Part shown: piece by piece, positions 11,456 through 22,757 of the stretch | Layout: each line of letters starts with the position of its first letter | Numbering within the stretch: position 1 is the stretch's first letter | Assembly (NCBI RefSeq): GCF_964204645.1 | Contig: NC_134028.1 | Coordinates: 22,316,345-22,380,344, forward strand | Direction: 5' to 3' | DNA from: Tubulanus polymorphus | Taxonomy: Eukaryota; Animalia; Nemertea | DNA length: 64,000 nucleotides | Made by a program: the position numbers and the translations under genes | The notes under the pieces: generated by a model | Database searches by the model: none | Told to the model about the DNA's origin: nothing | The model's input: only the letters and a program-made list of their open reading frames with translations

Positions 11456-14380
11456 GATTTCTAGATTTAAATTCAATATGTGCAGGATATTGTAAATCTA
11501 CAGCAAAGACGTAACCAGTATCTGAATCATCTGCAATATCTAGAATTCTTTTCTTCCAATCAAATTTATCATTATTTTCGTACTGTACCATTTCAGTTAT
11601 TTCAAATACTCCATAAGGTTGTGGTTCCATCATTGCCCAACCATATAGATTATTTGCATCTATATATAATAACTTATATCCAGGATTACCATTTACATTG
11701 AAATATCTATCACCTAATACACCTGAAAAGCCTCCTCTTATAGATTTTTCAAATAATAATAATTGATCTATATTTGTTAATAAATCCATTTTTATATCTG
11801 TAAATTTCAAACCACAGTCCCAAGTTAAACCTGGACTCGAATAACAATGGCATGGATCACTATTAAAATCTTTTAGATTTACATCTCTCAAACCTTTCAA
11901 ATATATCGGTTAACAATAATACATCGGATTCTAAATATAAATCTACTAATTCTCCATGATTTTTCATCTCAAAATGTTCCAAATATTCAATGTTCTATTG
12001 TAAACTTCACCTTTAACATATTCATTTTTTAATTCATCATAGAATTGTTCTTTTGTAAGTTCAGTTATATTGAAATCATTATGCGATTTATAAAATGAAT
12101 ATGGAATAGCTCCTTTATATCTCATTAATTGAAAACCATCATTATTTGGATAGTGTTGCTTTAATATCTTTAATTCATCATCGATTAAACTTTTAGATAA
12201 ATTATCCAATGAACTACTTAAAAATCTATATGAATCTATAAATCTTAGACATCCTTATTGGAAAGATATATAATTCTCAGATGTTTTAGCTAACATTTTA
12301 AACTTATAAGTTGATATTTTAGCAACATCTTTTGATCTATTTGAAATTAATCTTTCTATTTCATTATTGATTTATTCTATTTTATGACATAGTTGCTTGA
12401 TAAATAAATGAGCATCATACCCTGATAAATTATGAAATATTACTGGAACAAAATTGATTTTCTTAGCTTGCAAGTTACAATTATCATGCGCTGCGCCTCT
12501 AAACTTTCGATTCAAATGATCATAGTCTCTAACTTTTTATCAATTAAATAGTTTTTCACAATAAGAACATTTATCTGCAAACTCAAATTCTTTTTTATCT
12601 TTTTCTGTCATTATTATTTCTATATTTGTATCTAATAGTTTACTAGATTTTATTTCATATTCAATTAATAAGTCACAAAAATAATTGATAATATTTTCAT
12701 TTCTATAATCATAATATTCACTTTCAATTAGTTCTGGATAGTCCGATTTGATATATAATCCAAAAGCGGCAGCTGATTGATGAATCTTTTTAATAGCATT
12801 TGTTTTTGGGGGTTCTTCTGAAAAATCATTTTCATTAGAATTCAATTTCCTTTCTTTTATAATATATTTCTTTTCTATCTTGATCAGTTAGTTCTTTGTA
12901 TAATGATTCAAAATCTCCATATATTACAAATGGTACTTGATTTTTGTCATCACATTTTTTGAATTCTAATATTTTATCCTTTTCATTTGGTAAAACTAAT
13001 TTACAATAATCATGATTATCACATAATTGTTTATGATTTAATATTGCACTTTCAGTTCTGAATTTATGTAAATATTTTCTACATAGATATATTTTATTAT
13101 CAAAATCATTTTCTAATTTAGAAAAAAAATCAATTCGTTCAATCCACATATAATGGTTCTCCTAATATAATATATCTATAACACCATTTGAATCATAATC
13201 TTTTGATAAATACAAAGGTTCTAATGTATAATGTTTTATATTGTTCCCTTTTGTATTTGGTAATTTGATTAAATCGAATACATTTATTTTTAGATTATTA
13301 TCTCTTTCTATTTTTGGGATATCTTTAATTCTAACTGGATAACTGTCTATCTTATAATTATTTTCAAATTGTTTATAATCCGTTATTCTATAAGTATGTT
13401 GATTATAATCTTCAACTGGATGTAAACAACTTATAATTGTCCATAGAAAACATTTATCATCAGAATTTTGAACATTTAGTTTTAAATGGTAATTTGATAT
13501 AACTCGATGCTTCAATATCTGGTTCTTTATAATATGATAAATTATTTTCACCAATTGGTTTCGATTTAGTTAATTTATTATATTTTGTGTTATAAACATG
13601 TAAAGTCATAAATTTATTATTTCATCAAATATTAAATCAGGTCCTTCAAAATATTTCTCTTCTATTTTACTTTTTATTTCATTATAACAATTATCTAATC
13701 TATCATCTATATGTTGTTTTGAAATAATATGTTGTGAATGAGAATCTATATTATATATTGGTTTATCTTCAGATTTTATAAATTTGATTTTAGCAGATAT
13801 ACTAATTTTAGGATATTCTACGTCTGTAATTATTTTTATAATATTTTTCATATTTTCTAAATTTTTGTAAATTTTTTCTAATGTTTTACCTTTATGAAAT
13901 TTAAACTCGATAGCAGCTGGACCATTATCACTTTTAAATGCTTCGGTTATTTCAATATCTTTTTTATTATCTAATGAATTAATATGATTTCTAACATCTT
14001 CCATATATGATTTCTTATTATCTAGAGTATCTTTTATTCTCTTAATTGTCTTCGGTTTCTTATCATTATCTTTATCAAAATAATCTTGACCTAAAATATC
14101 ATTATTGATATTTCTAATATGACTTTTAGATTTTAAATGTTCTTAATAATATCTTTTGTTGCCGAATGATTGATTACATGTATCACATTTATATATTTCT
14201 TTTTCATTCTTTAATTCTTCTAATTTAGTTTCTAATGTATCATCTTTATATTCTAATTTCAATTTATTCTCTAAGTGAGATTTAGTTTAATCATGTCTTG
14301 CTTTTTGGGGTTTATCTCTATTGATTTTACATGTCGGACAGTAGTACTTATTTGCTTCCATTTTAATGTCAAATTATTTA
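11456..14380 (-). pseudogene. Protein-primed family B DNA polymerase (pPolB), frameshifted, C-terminus deleted
   Basis: In order: C2H2 finger (YKCDTCNQSFGNKRYY*EHLKSKSH, ~14120-14195), NVQNSDDKCFLWTIISCLHP, ExoI FVIYGDFESL, EndoVII-like CSYC...VRDYDHLNRKFRGAAHDNCNL, ExoII FHNLSGYDAHL, LRFIDSYRFLSSSL, KGAIPY, ExoIII YLESDVLLL, SSPGLTWD, IRGGFS, motif A YIDANNLYGWAM, VDLQYP. Motifs B (KxxxNSxYG) and C (YxDTDS) were not seen. The 5' boundary is approximate. Confidence 0.92.
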
Positions 14381-14397
14381 TTAAAATTGATTCTATT

Positions 14398-14789
14398 TTA
14401 TTCGAAATCTATTTCATGGTACCCTTTTTCATTCTTACCTTTATATATGAAATAGAAATCACCAGAACACAATTCTTCTAGATCTTCACTAGATAATCTA
14501 AGAAATCTATCTGGTAAATATGTTCTGAATTTAAATTTATTTCCTTTTAATCCTTCATATTCTAAGTGGATAACTAATTTATCTCCATATTTGTTAGTAA
14601 TTGTTTCAATATTTGTAATTGAATATTTCTTATGAATTGTTAATTCTGTTAACTTTTTGAATTTATAATCTTCAGATTTGACATTTGTAGGATCTTTGAT
14701 TCGATTTAGGAATTCACTGTGTATTTGTTTACTCTCTATTTTAATAACATATTTTTCATTGAAATTGATTTCATTTAATATAATTCATA
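14398..14789 (-). pseudogene. Small Polinton ORF upstream of PolB (~125 aa; start codon frameshifted)
   Basis: Open frame ...HSEFLNRIKDPTNVKSEDYKFKKLTELTIHKKYSITNIETITNKYGDKLVIHLEYEG...FRTYLPDRF...YFIYKGKNEKGYHEIDFE*. It has no in-frame ATG, so it is absent from the ORF track. Confidence 0.6.
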
Positions 14790-14807
14790 ATAGATAAGAA
14801 TATTATT

Positions 14808-14937
14808 AGAAGTAAAAGGGAATAAATTGGTTCAGGTTAAAGGTTGAAGGGTCGAAAAAATAAATTCGAGTGTGCGAGAATTTATTTTTTCGACCCTTCG
14901 ACCTTTGGCCTGAACCAACTTATTCCCTATTACTACT
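14808..14937. repeat. 130-bp terminal palindrome of the Polinton (about 60-bp arms, 10-nt loop)
   Basis: AGAAGTAAAAGGGAATAAATTGGTTCAGGTTAAAGGTTGAAGGGTCGAAAAAATAAATTC-GAGTGTGCGA-GAATTTATTTTTTCGACCCTTCGACCTTTGGCCTGAACCAACTTATTCCCTATTACTACT. Confidence 0.9.
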
Positions 14938-15182
14938 GCCTTGAGTATAAGCGATCATACCTCATTTAGTAGAGCTATGAAAATTTAGATATTCGGCCTA
15001 GGATAAATAGCGAGCTTTCGCGTCGAGTTCCCAAGCGGTACACCATAATTTAGAATAGGCCTACCAATAACTTATACCTCAGGGCAAGACAAAAGCAGCG
15101 CGCATTCGTCTACAGGCGGGAAGTATAGGCGGATGATATTTCAGTGAGTCATGTCGAATGGGCGTGAGGAGCCATTAGACGA

Positions 15183-16301
15183 ATGATGAACGATTCAAAC
15201 ATTACTGTTCTCTCAACTGTTACCACAAAACGGGTCTACTATGGAATATGCGATCACGTGCAAGCTACCAAGCCCATCCGCTTGGAACACGAAATCAGCA
15301 TTATTTTGTACATTTCATTTTACGGACCCGTCACAATATTGGGCATCTCTTTGAACATCATAACGATTTTAGTCTTGAAAAAGATGAACAAAGACGCTTA
15401 CTATTTACTCAAAGTTCTCGCTATTTTCGACATATCTTATTCATCAAGTGTGTTTGTCATGTACCCTCTACGCGCAGTTCACCTCTACATACATTTAGGA
15501 GATGTAATTTTTCGTATAGATGACTGGAACTTTGGCTGGGAATTTATAGTAGTTGCGTTAGGACCGTTTCATATGTTTCAACATATCAGAAACTGGTGCG
15601 TTATTCTTATCAGTTTAGAAAGACTCGTAATTTCACTTTTCCCGTTAAGATCGAGATTATTCTGGACACGAAAATTAGTGAATTGTATCATATTGTTGAT
15701 AAGTATTTACAGTTTTTGTTTTTTCCTACCGATGTTTTTTCCTGATCGAGCTCTCAATCCGACTATATGCCTTCACAACCCGCCTACCTTTAGGCAAGGC
15801 AGGAAATTCGCTTACTACCGCACTATTTTTCAAGGATGGTCAAGTAGTGCATCAGGCTGGAAGGGCACAGTAACAAGTATCATCGTTCCTATGGTGGCAC
15901 TTTTCAGCGTAAACGTCAGTTTGATTATGGTTTTGATTGTGATCAAATTTTCATCAATTGGTGCAAGTCGTTCAGCAATAAAGAACCCAACATCCAACAC
16001 GTTAGAGTTGCGTGCATTGAGAATGTCGTTTGCTCTTGTTGCTGTTTTCATAGGGTGTGAATCGTTGACATTTATCGAAAAGTTTCGGTATTGGATAAGA
16101 CATCTAAAAGTAATTCCTATAGCTAATTTGAATCGTTTTCATACGCTGATGGTTCAGCGAAAAATCGCCATCGGTTTAACTGTGGTAGATTCATGTTTGA
16201 ACTTTTTAGTCTATTGTTTGTCAAACAGTAAATTCAGACTCGCTACTGTGCGATTGATGAGGACGAAATGTAAACCCTGCCGCCTATTAAAAAACAGTTA
16301 A
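15183..16301 (+). CDS. Intronless class A (rhodopsin-like) GPCR, FMRFamide/peptide-receptor-like orphan
   Basis: 372 aa with 7 hydrophobic segments. Motifs: TM1 GISLN, TM2 LAIFD, TM3 RNWCVILISLER...FPL, TM7 DSCLNFLVYC...KFR. N-terminal N-glycosylation sequons are present. Confidence 0.92.
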   Translation: MMNDSNITVLSTVTTKRVYYGICDHVQATKPIRLEHEISIILYISFYGPVTILGISLNIITILVLKKMNKDAYYLLKVLAIFDISYSSSVFVMYPLRAVHLYIHLGDVIFRIDDWNFGWEFIVVALGPFHMFQHIRNWCVILISLERLVISLFPLRSRLFWTRKLVNCIILLISIYSFCFFLPMFFPDRALNPTICLHNPPTFRQGRKFAYYRTIFQGWSSSASGWKGTVTSIIVPMVALFSVNVSLIMVLIVIKFSSIGASRSAIKNPTSNTLELRALRMSFALVAVFIGCESLTFIEKFRYWIRHLKVIPIANLNRFHTLMVQRKIAIGLTVVDSCLNFLVYCLSNSKFRLATVRLMRTKCKPCRLLKNS

Positions 16302-16579
16302 ATAAGTATCGTCGTTTCGTCTTCCGCTGAAGACTTTCACTGTTTTATGACGAGCCGGGTACAGTTTCTTAAGTTTAAGCTAAAACGGTCCTTATCATTA
16401 AAAACGTGAAACAACCAATTACTAACAAATTCGTGAACCCTAACAACCAGGGGCCGGGCCATATCATATTGTGAAAGCGTTTAAAGCGATGCCGAGTATC
16501 GTGACGGGTCCGTGAAAGAAATGTATTGGTAATCTCCTAATTTAAGGTCCCAACGGATCGGGATGTGATGCACATTTTT

Positions 16580-17249
16580 TATATTTCTCATCGCCGCTTA
16601 TGGCATTCTTAGTTTCTTTCCACTGATGGTTCCGAGAATGAAATACTCATCAACTGCGTGCTTCGACGGGGCTCGTGGTGTGACGTTAACTCGAAGTAAC
16701 GAAATTTTTTCGTTTTATCCGATATCACTGTTGAATATGTTATGGTCGTGGCAGGCTTATTCATACAGCTGGAATGCATTAGCATCCAGCATATTTGTAC
16801 CCATGTGTGCGCTGATCAGTTTAAATCTTTTTTTGATCGCGAGTCTCATGATCATCAAACTATCAAACAGAAAAAAGTTGAATAAGAACGCCGTCGGTAG
16901 TTTAGAGCTGCGGGTTTTACGAATGTCGTTTGCTCTAGTCGTCTCATACGTTAGCTGTGAATCATTACTAATCTTTTAAAAGATGGCTTTCGCCGGTTTT
17001 CCGATGTCTGTGTATTATATCCCAGGCTTATCGGCTTCACAAACATTGATCATTTACCGGAAAGCGGCTATCGGTCTGACCGTAGTCGATTCTTGTTTGA
17101 ACTTCGTCGTCTATTGTCTTACTAATAACCGATTCAGACTCGCCGCAAAACCATTTCTCACAAAATGTAAAATCAACCCGAAATGTTATATACGAACAAC
17201 CGTCCACGCTAGAGGTGAGGGAAAGCGAAGACCTACCAGGTGTCGCTAG
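16580..17249 (+). pseudogene. Class A GPCR pseudogene (TM4-TM7), paralogue of 15183-16301
   Basis: ORFs 16626-16979 and 16983-17249 are the same frame split by a TAA. They contain LRMSFALV and RKAAIGLTVVDSCLNFVVYC...RFR; TM1-3 are absent. Confidence 0.88.
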
Positions 17250-18239
17250 TATAGGTACTCGGTCCTCAGAGCTTCATTTTGATCAAAATCGAATCAACGC
17301 TAAATTGAATTACCTATCGACGAAAGATTTTCCGAACGCCGAGTAGAAAAGTCAAGGTCGCTGTCGGGGGTCGATAGATCAGTCCAGGTCAAAATCCAGT
17401 TCAAAGTTGTTTGAAAATGAAGTAATTTTGACATCTTTAATTGAAGACTGACTGATCACAGCGCCGTCTGGTGATATTCCTATTCCGATCAGCTACACAT
17501 ATAAGTCGAAACTACGCGATGAAATCATTAAGTAAAATATATGCGCTCAATTTATTCATTCTTTGTAGCAAAGGATAAAATCAAACACGTGACCTGATAA
17601 TTATACACAGTTGTAAGCGCCTTAGCCTAGATTATGTAAAAATTGCGAACCCTGTTGAAAATATGAATATTCAGAATCCGTTATATATTTCTTGTTTTTC
17701 TTATATGTAGCTAATATACGTAAAATCTACATCTCGGCATAATTTGAATATTTACACGATGCAAAATTAATGTTTCCTATTGATTTTTAAAAATAAACAT
17801 CACAAGCTAACTACGCACATTTTAGAAAACTAGCGTGAACAGTTTTTTTTGCATTATTTCAAATATATTAAGTCGGGCTTGGGTTGGTCTTGCGACTGCC
17901 AGGGATTTGTTGCGATTGGATTCTCGGCGACCGCCAGCGATAGCGTGTCGAGCACCAGTCGAACTTCGCACCCGCTTGCTGCTGCCAACGACTCGCTCGT
18001 GTGTTTTACTTTCTGCAACTCTGTCTCTCCCAGCCGCCGCAACCGATATTGGCGCTGCTGTTACGACTACAGAGGCTTTTCGTACGCCGACGCTGCCGAT
18101 CGCGTCGCAAGTCGACCTACGCGCCCGGCTTTAAGCTGCCAATAGCGAGTTAAGCGATACAGGGGTATGACATAAATCGACATATGTTCCGTAGAAACGC
18201 GATCATTCGTAATCTCAAATTCGATCGGCCGATGATTTT

Positions 18240-21200
18240 TCAAATTTCAGCAGCTTTGACCGGAAGTAACGACGGCCGCCGACTTCCGCCCGTACCGATC
18301 GGCCTTGACCCCTGCCAATCCTGAATGGAGGTGCGCCGTGAAGTGTCGGCGGTCGAGTGGCCGGACATGTGCGACGGGCGTCTCCGGTCGGCGCGGGAGC
18401 TGCGTCGCTCAGTGGCGTACGAAGTCCTGCGCGACGCGGCCGCCGAGGCTAGAATGGATGCGCGACGCTGGCCGGCTCTCGAGTCGCGACGAGGCTCGAG
18501 CATGACGATCGAAGTCCTGCGCGAGGCGATCTGCGCGGCTTTCACGAACTCCGGGTCGATCAGATCGTACTCGTCGTCGTCGTCGTCGGCAGTCGACGGG
18601 CCTCGCCGCGAGACGTTCGGAAGGAAATAGTTCGTATAAACGCAAGGTATGAAGTATACGAGCAGTAACATACCGCTGAATGTCAGCATAGCGCCGATAA
18701 CGTAGAACGATATATCATAACTATTTGTACCGTCGAACGTCCATCCTGAAACAAAAAACAATCAACATGAACGAAAAGTTCGAGAAGATAAAACGAGTAC
18801 GTGAGAATTCCAACAATCAGTTCAGAAAAAGACGAACAATTCGTGTATTAAATGAATGTATGTATATTTTAGCAACGTTTTGGCTACGTGAGAAATCCCA
18901 TGATAATTCAGCCAAAAAGAGAATTCTTGAATAGAAGAGTATATATATAATTCTATTTGATATTATTCGAACAACGTTTCGACTAAAGACTATTAGCTAT
19001 TATTTGACTCTATAGCTGTATGGACTATACTGATACTCATTATCAGGCATACTCTATGCCTGATAATGGGTATTAGTATATAGCACTTAGCTTAGATATA
19101 CGTTGCTTAGACATTCGTTTGATGCGGGAACTTTTCGCCTTTTCTTGAACGTATTGTGGGAATTGTTACGAAAAAATGGGAAATCATTTGCAGGAAAATA
19201 AGGCTTCTTCTGTCTAGAGGATGCAGTCAATACCGGGGTTCGAATCCTGGTGGAAAAATATAGTTATTCTCAGAGTTGTTTTCTATCTTGGTCTTGTATG
19301 CCCCCCTCCACGTTTAATCGCTTAACACTTACCGGCTATTGGTGGACCGATGAATGTAGCTGCACCTTGAAAGACCAACAGTAGTCCGAACGAACTGGTT
19401 AGTTTATCTAAACCAATCAGATCGACCAGGACAACAGCCGTCGACGTGATGTAAGTTCCTGTAACAAAAAATGTGATTGGACAAATGAGATATATTTTCC
19501 TGCTTGCATTAAGTCGAGTTAATACCAGTGTAAGACCATTTTAGTACAAAAACATATCTAACAACTCTAAGTCCTCAAATTCGAGAGCACTTAATATATG
19601 TAGCAACTTAAATCTCGGGCCAGATTTTGCATAATCCCTGGACTCGATGGACCAAACACTATCATTCAGTCCACTGGGTTCCTTAGAACGGCGAATAATT
19701 CTACAGTTATCATAGAATATTTTTTGTATCAATCAAATGCAAGATCTATCTTATATCGTACGTTGTGCATCGTATATCGTATATCGTACATCGTAGGATG
19801 TATTTACATCGGCTTACCTATTAGTATACCGAAAAACAGCGCGTACATAACCAGCAGCGGGTAGGTCACCATGAACGGCGCCGAAATCGTAAAAATGCCA
19901 TTGAGAATGTTAGAAAACGTAAAGATCACCAGACGCCCGTTGTCGCCACACGATCGCACGATCTGAGGAATGTCGGCGATGAATCCGAAGAGCAGACGAC
20001 CGATAGTGTTCCCGATACCGATAACTGAGATCAAAAACGACGCCGACGCTTTGTCGATTCCGTTACATTCGGCCATGTCGGCTAGATAGATGTAAGGCAC
20101 GTTCAGACCGGTAGCCGTGAAAAAGTTTGAAATACTGAACATCATAAAGATGAAACTTTTCAGCAAAGCGAAGTCGGTTAGTTGCCTGACGGCCTCGCGC
20201 ACGTTGATTTTGAAATTTTCGAACGAGCTACGCTCGACTATTTCGCCCTGACTGTCGTACACGTCGTACTCATCCATCTCCGGAATCGGCACCAGCGACA
20301 CGAGACTGATCACGTGACCGGATTTATAGGCGCTCAGTATTTCCAGTTCGCGGAATATTTCCTCCTGGCGGTGCAGCATCTCCTCGCGGTGGCGGTTGTA
20401 GACCATACCGGACGCGAACGACACCGACGGAGATGGGTCGGAATTCTGACGCGATAGATTCGGGCACGATGACGCCACGGCGGCGTTCTCGGCGGCGACC
20501 ACCTCCAGTCTGTTGTTACTCTCAACACCGGTCGTTTTCTCCAAGTGATGCTGCAACTTATTGAACAAGGCTTCTTTGATCTTGTTCTCGTCGAGGGTCT
20601 CCTTTTGGTCTTGTTTTTCCGGCGCGTCGTCCGCGGCGTCTTCGTCGGGCATTTTGATCGGCGGCAGGGGTCTAAACAGGGCCCCGCAGCAGGCGCAATT
20701 CAACAGTAACGCCGACAGTATGAGCGACGTTCCTCTCCACGCGTATTCGTCGACCAGTTTCCGAATCAGCGGCGCGAATATGAACGTACCCATTCCGGAT
20801 CCGCACACGGCCACGCCCATCGCCAGCGAGCGCTTCTTTTCGAAATACTGGCTGACGATGACCACGCCGGGTAAATATATGAATCCGAATCCGATACCTT
20901 TATCAACAGAGAAAAAATTCAGAGAGTTACTAGGTATATGACGCGTACTATAGTTGAGAATGTAATTGATTTTCGGAAGGTACAGAGTTTTCAACATTCG
21001 AAAATTCGAAGAAACGCATGTAATTTGTTACGAAATCGGGGAAAAACTAAAATAAAACTTGATGTGAATTCAATAAGAGAGTAAAATTCAGTTGAATAGA
21101 GTGTATATATTCGATGCGACAAGAAACCAGTACCAAACATAGGTGGCACTGCATCGTGCCTGGCTCACTGCTCATATATGAGTTTTCCCGGTTATAACCA

Positions 21201-22721
21201 CAGGAAACGACCGTAAGACCAGACACAGAGCCTGGGTCAAACACGACTGCGAAATGGTCTTATGTCAGAAACACCTCTGCGTGTACGGGCTTTAGGCAGT
21301 GTGTGTATATTCTGGCAGAATAGCCACATTCCGACGCGGAGAACAGATGATTAGTTTAAAACCCGCTATATACTGAATCTAAAGATCAAAATCGAATATA
21401 ATTTATCAAGAATCATAATGAAAATGCACGACATTTCGAACTCTTACTAGAGATCGTTGTCGGGTGTTGAGATCACACCTGACGATCATCATTAAATTGT
21501 GCATATACCGTTTTTAGGCTACATGCTATACTTTTATAAATGCAAAGCAAAGTATCCTATCTTAAGCTATAAGGACAAATACTTGTTAACATTTTAAGCA
21601 ACGTTTCCGCACGCTACATAAATAGCTGGCACCAGGACTAAACTCACCTCCGAACAAACCGTACGTGATGTAGAGGGAATAAATGTTAGTCGCGAATACG
21701 CTCAGAGCGAACCCAATACTACAGCTGATAGCCCCGACTATGGACGTCACCCGACACCCGAATATGTTCGTCATGATGCTAGCGGCTGGACCTGCAATCG
21801 ATCGTATAGAAATTAATGATAATTTACAAGGATATACGTAGAGTTACATTCGATTTGGTTGCGCTAAGGTAACTCAACAAAATGAAGATAAAAACGCATT
21901 GGGCGGTAGTGAAAAACTTTGATAAAATACAAAGTATGAATCTTTGATAAATGTAGGGTCGATTGCTCACAAATTGGTGAAAGATAATGATTGGAATAAA
22001 ATAGTCGAAATGCAGTTTTTCTATGTTTCATCTATGCACTGGTTACTAGCCAACCTGTGAACAACTGGGCTCAGTTAAACGAAAAAGTTTGACTAAAATT
22101 TGTGGTGTGATTGCTATTTTTACTTATTTTTTTTCAATTTGGACAACAATACCTGATTCAAGCTTAAACGTTTTCATGAACCGACCCCTGGCCCCAATCT
22201 TTTTTTTAAATCTAAAAAACAGTTTAAAGATGACATACATAATACATATAGTAAGGTCTGGATAAAAAAGCCACTTCTCTATCTATCCAAAACGTTTATG
22301 CTACAAATCTGACACGTTTTCCTCTGTTTTGTTATAAACGTTTTCAATGATAAGATATGCGGCTTTTTTTATCTGCATCGTAGACTTTCCTATGTATAAT
22401 GTATATCATTGACTCCACCAGTTATGGGCTGCCAATATCCCTCAATGGTCATTTTGATATTTCTATAAATGTTACGCAAATCTTCAAGGAATCACACAAA
22501 AAATATCAAATGGTGATATATTCATTGTCCTGCGCGCAGGGCGTCACCAAAATAATAGCACCGGATGAACTCCTATAGTTTCAGCTCCATCCTAAACAAC
22601 GGCGCTTATATCAACGATTTGAATTGCCACTTGTACCGAGTCACCTTAATGTCCTCGCATCGTGTGTAACTCGAGGGCAATATGCTCGACGCAATAACCC
22701 ACAGTGATATACATATCTATA

Positions 22722-22757
<36 letters not shown>

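Larger units (their letters stand above)
10535..14937 (-). mobile_element. Degenerate Polinton/Maverick (adintovirus-like) endogenous element, internally deleted and truncated at one end
   Basis: Abrupt very AT-rich block with co-oriented, tightly packed intronless ORF remnants: pPolB, accessory ORFs and integrase N-terminus. The minus-strand terminus begins AGTAGT at 14937. Confidence 0.9.

Noticed and set aside
10529-14943. 6-bp target-site duplication around the Polinton
   Set aside because: The left end is truncated inside the integrase, and GCCTTG from the right flank is not found at the left boundary.
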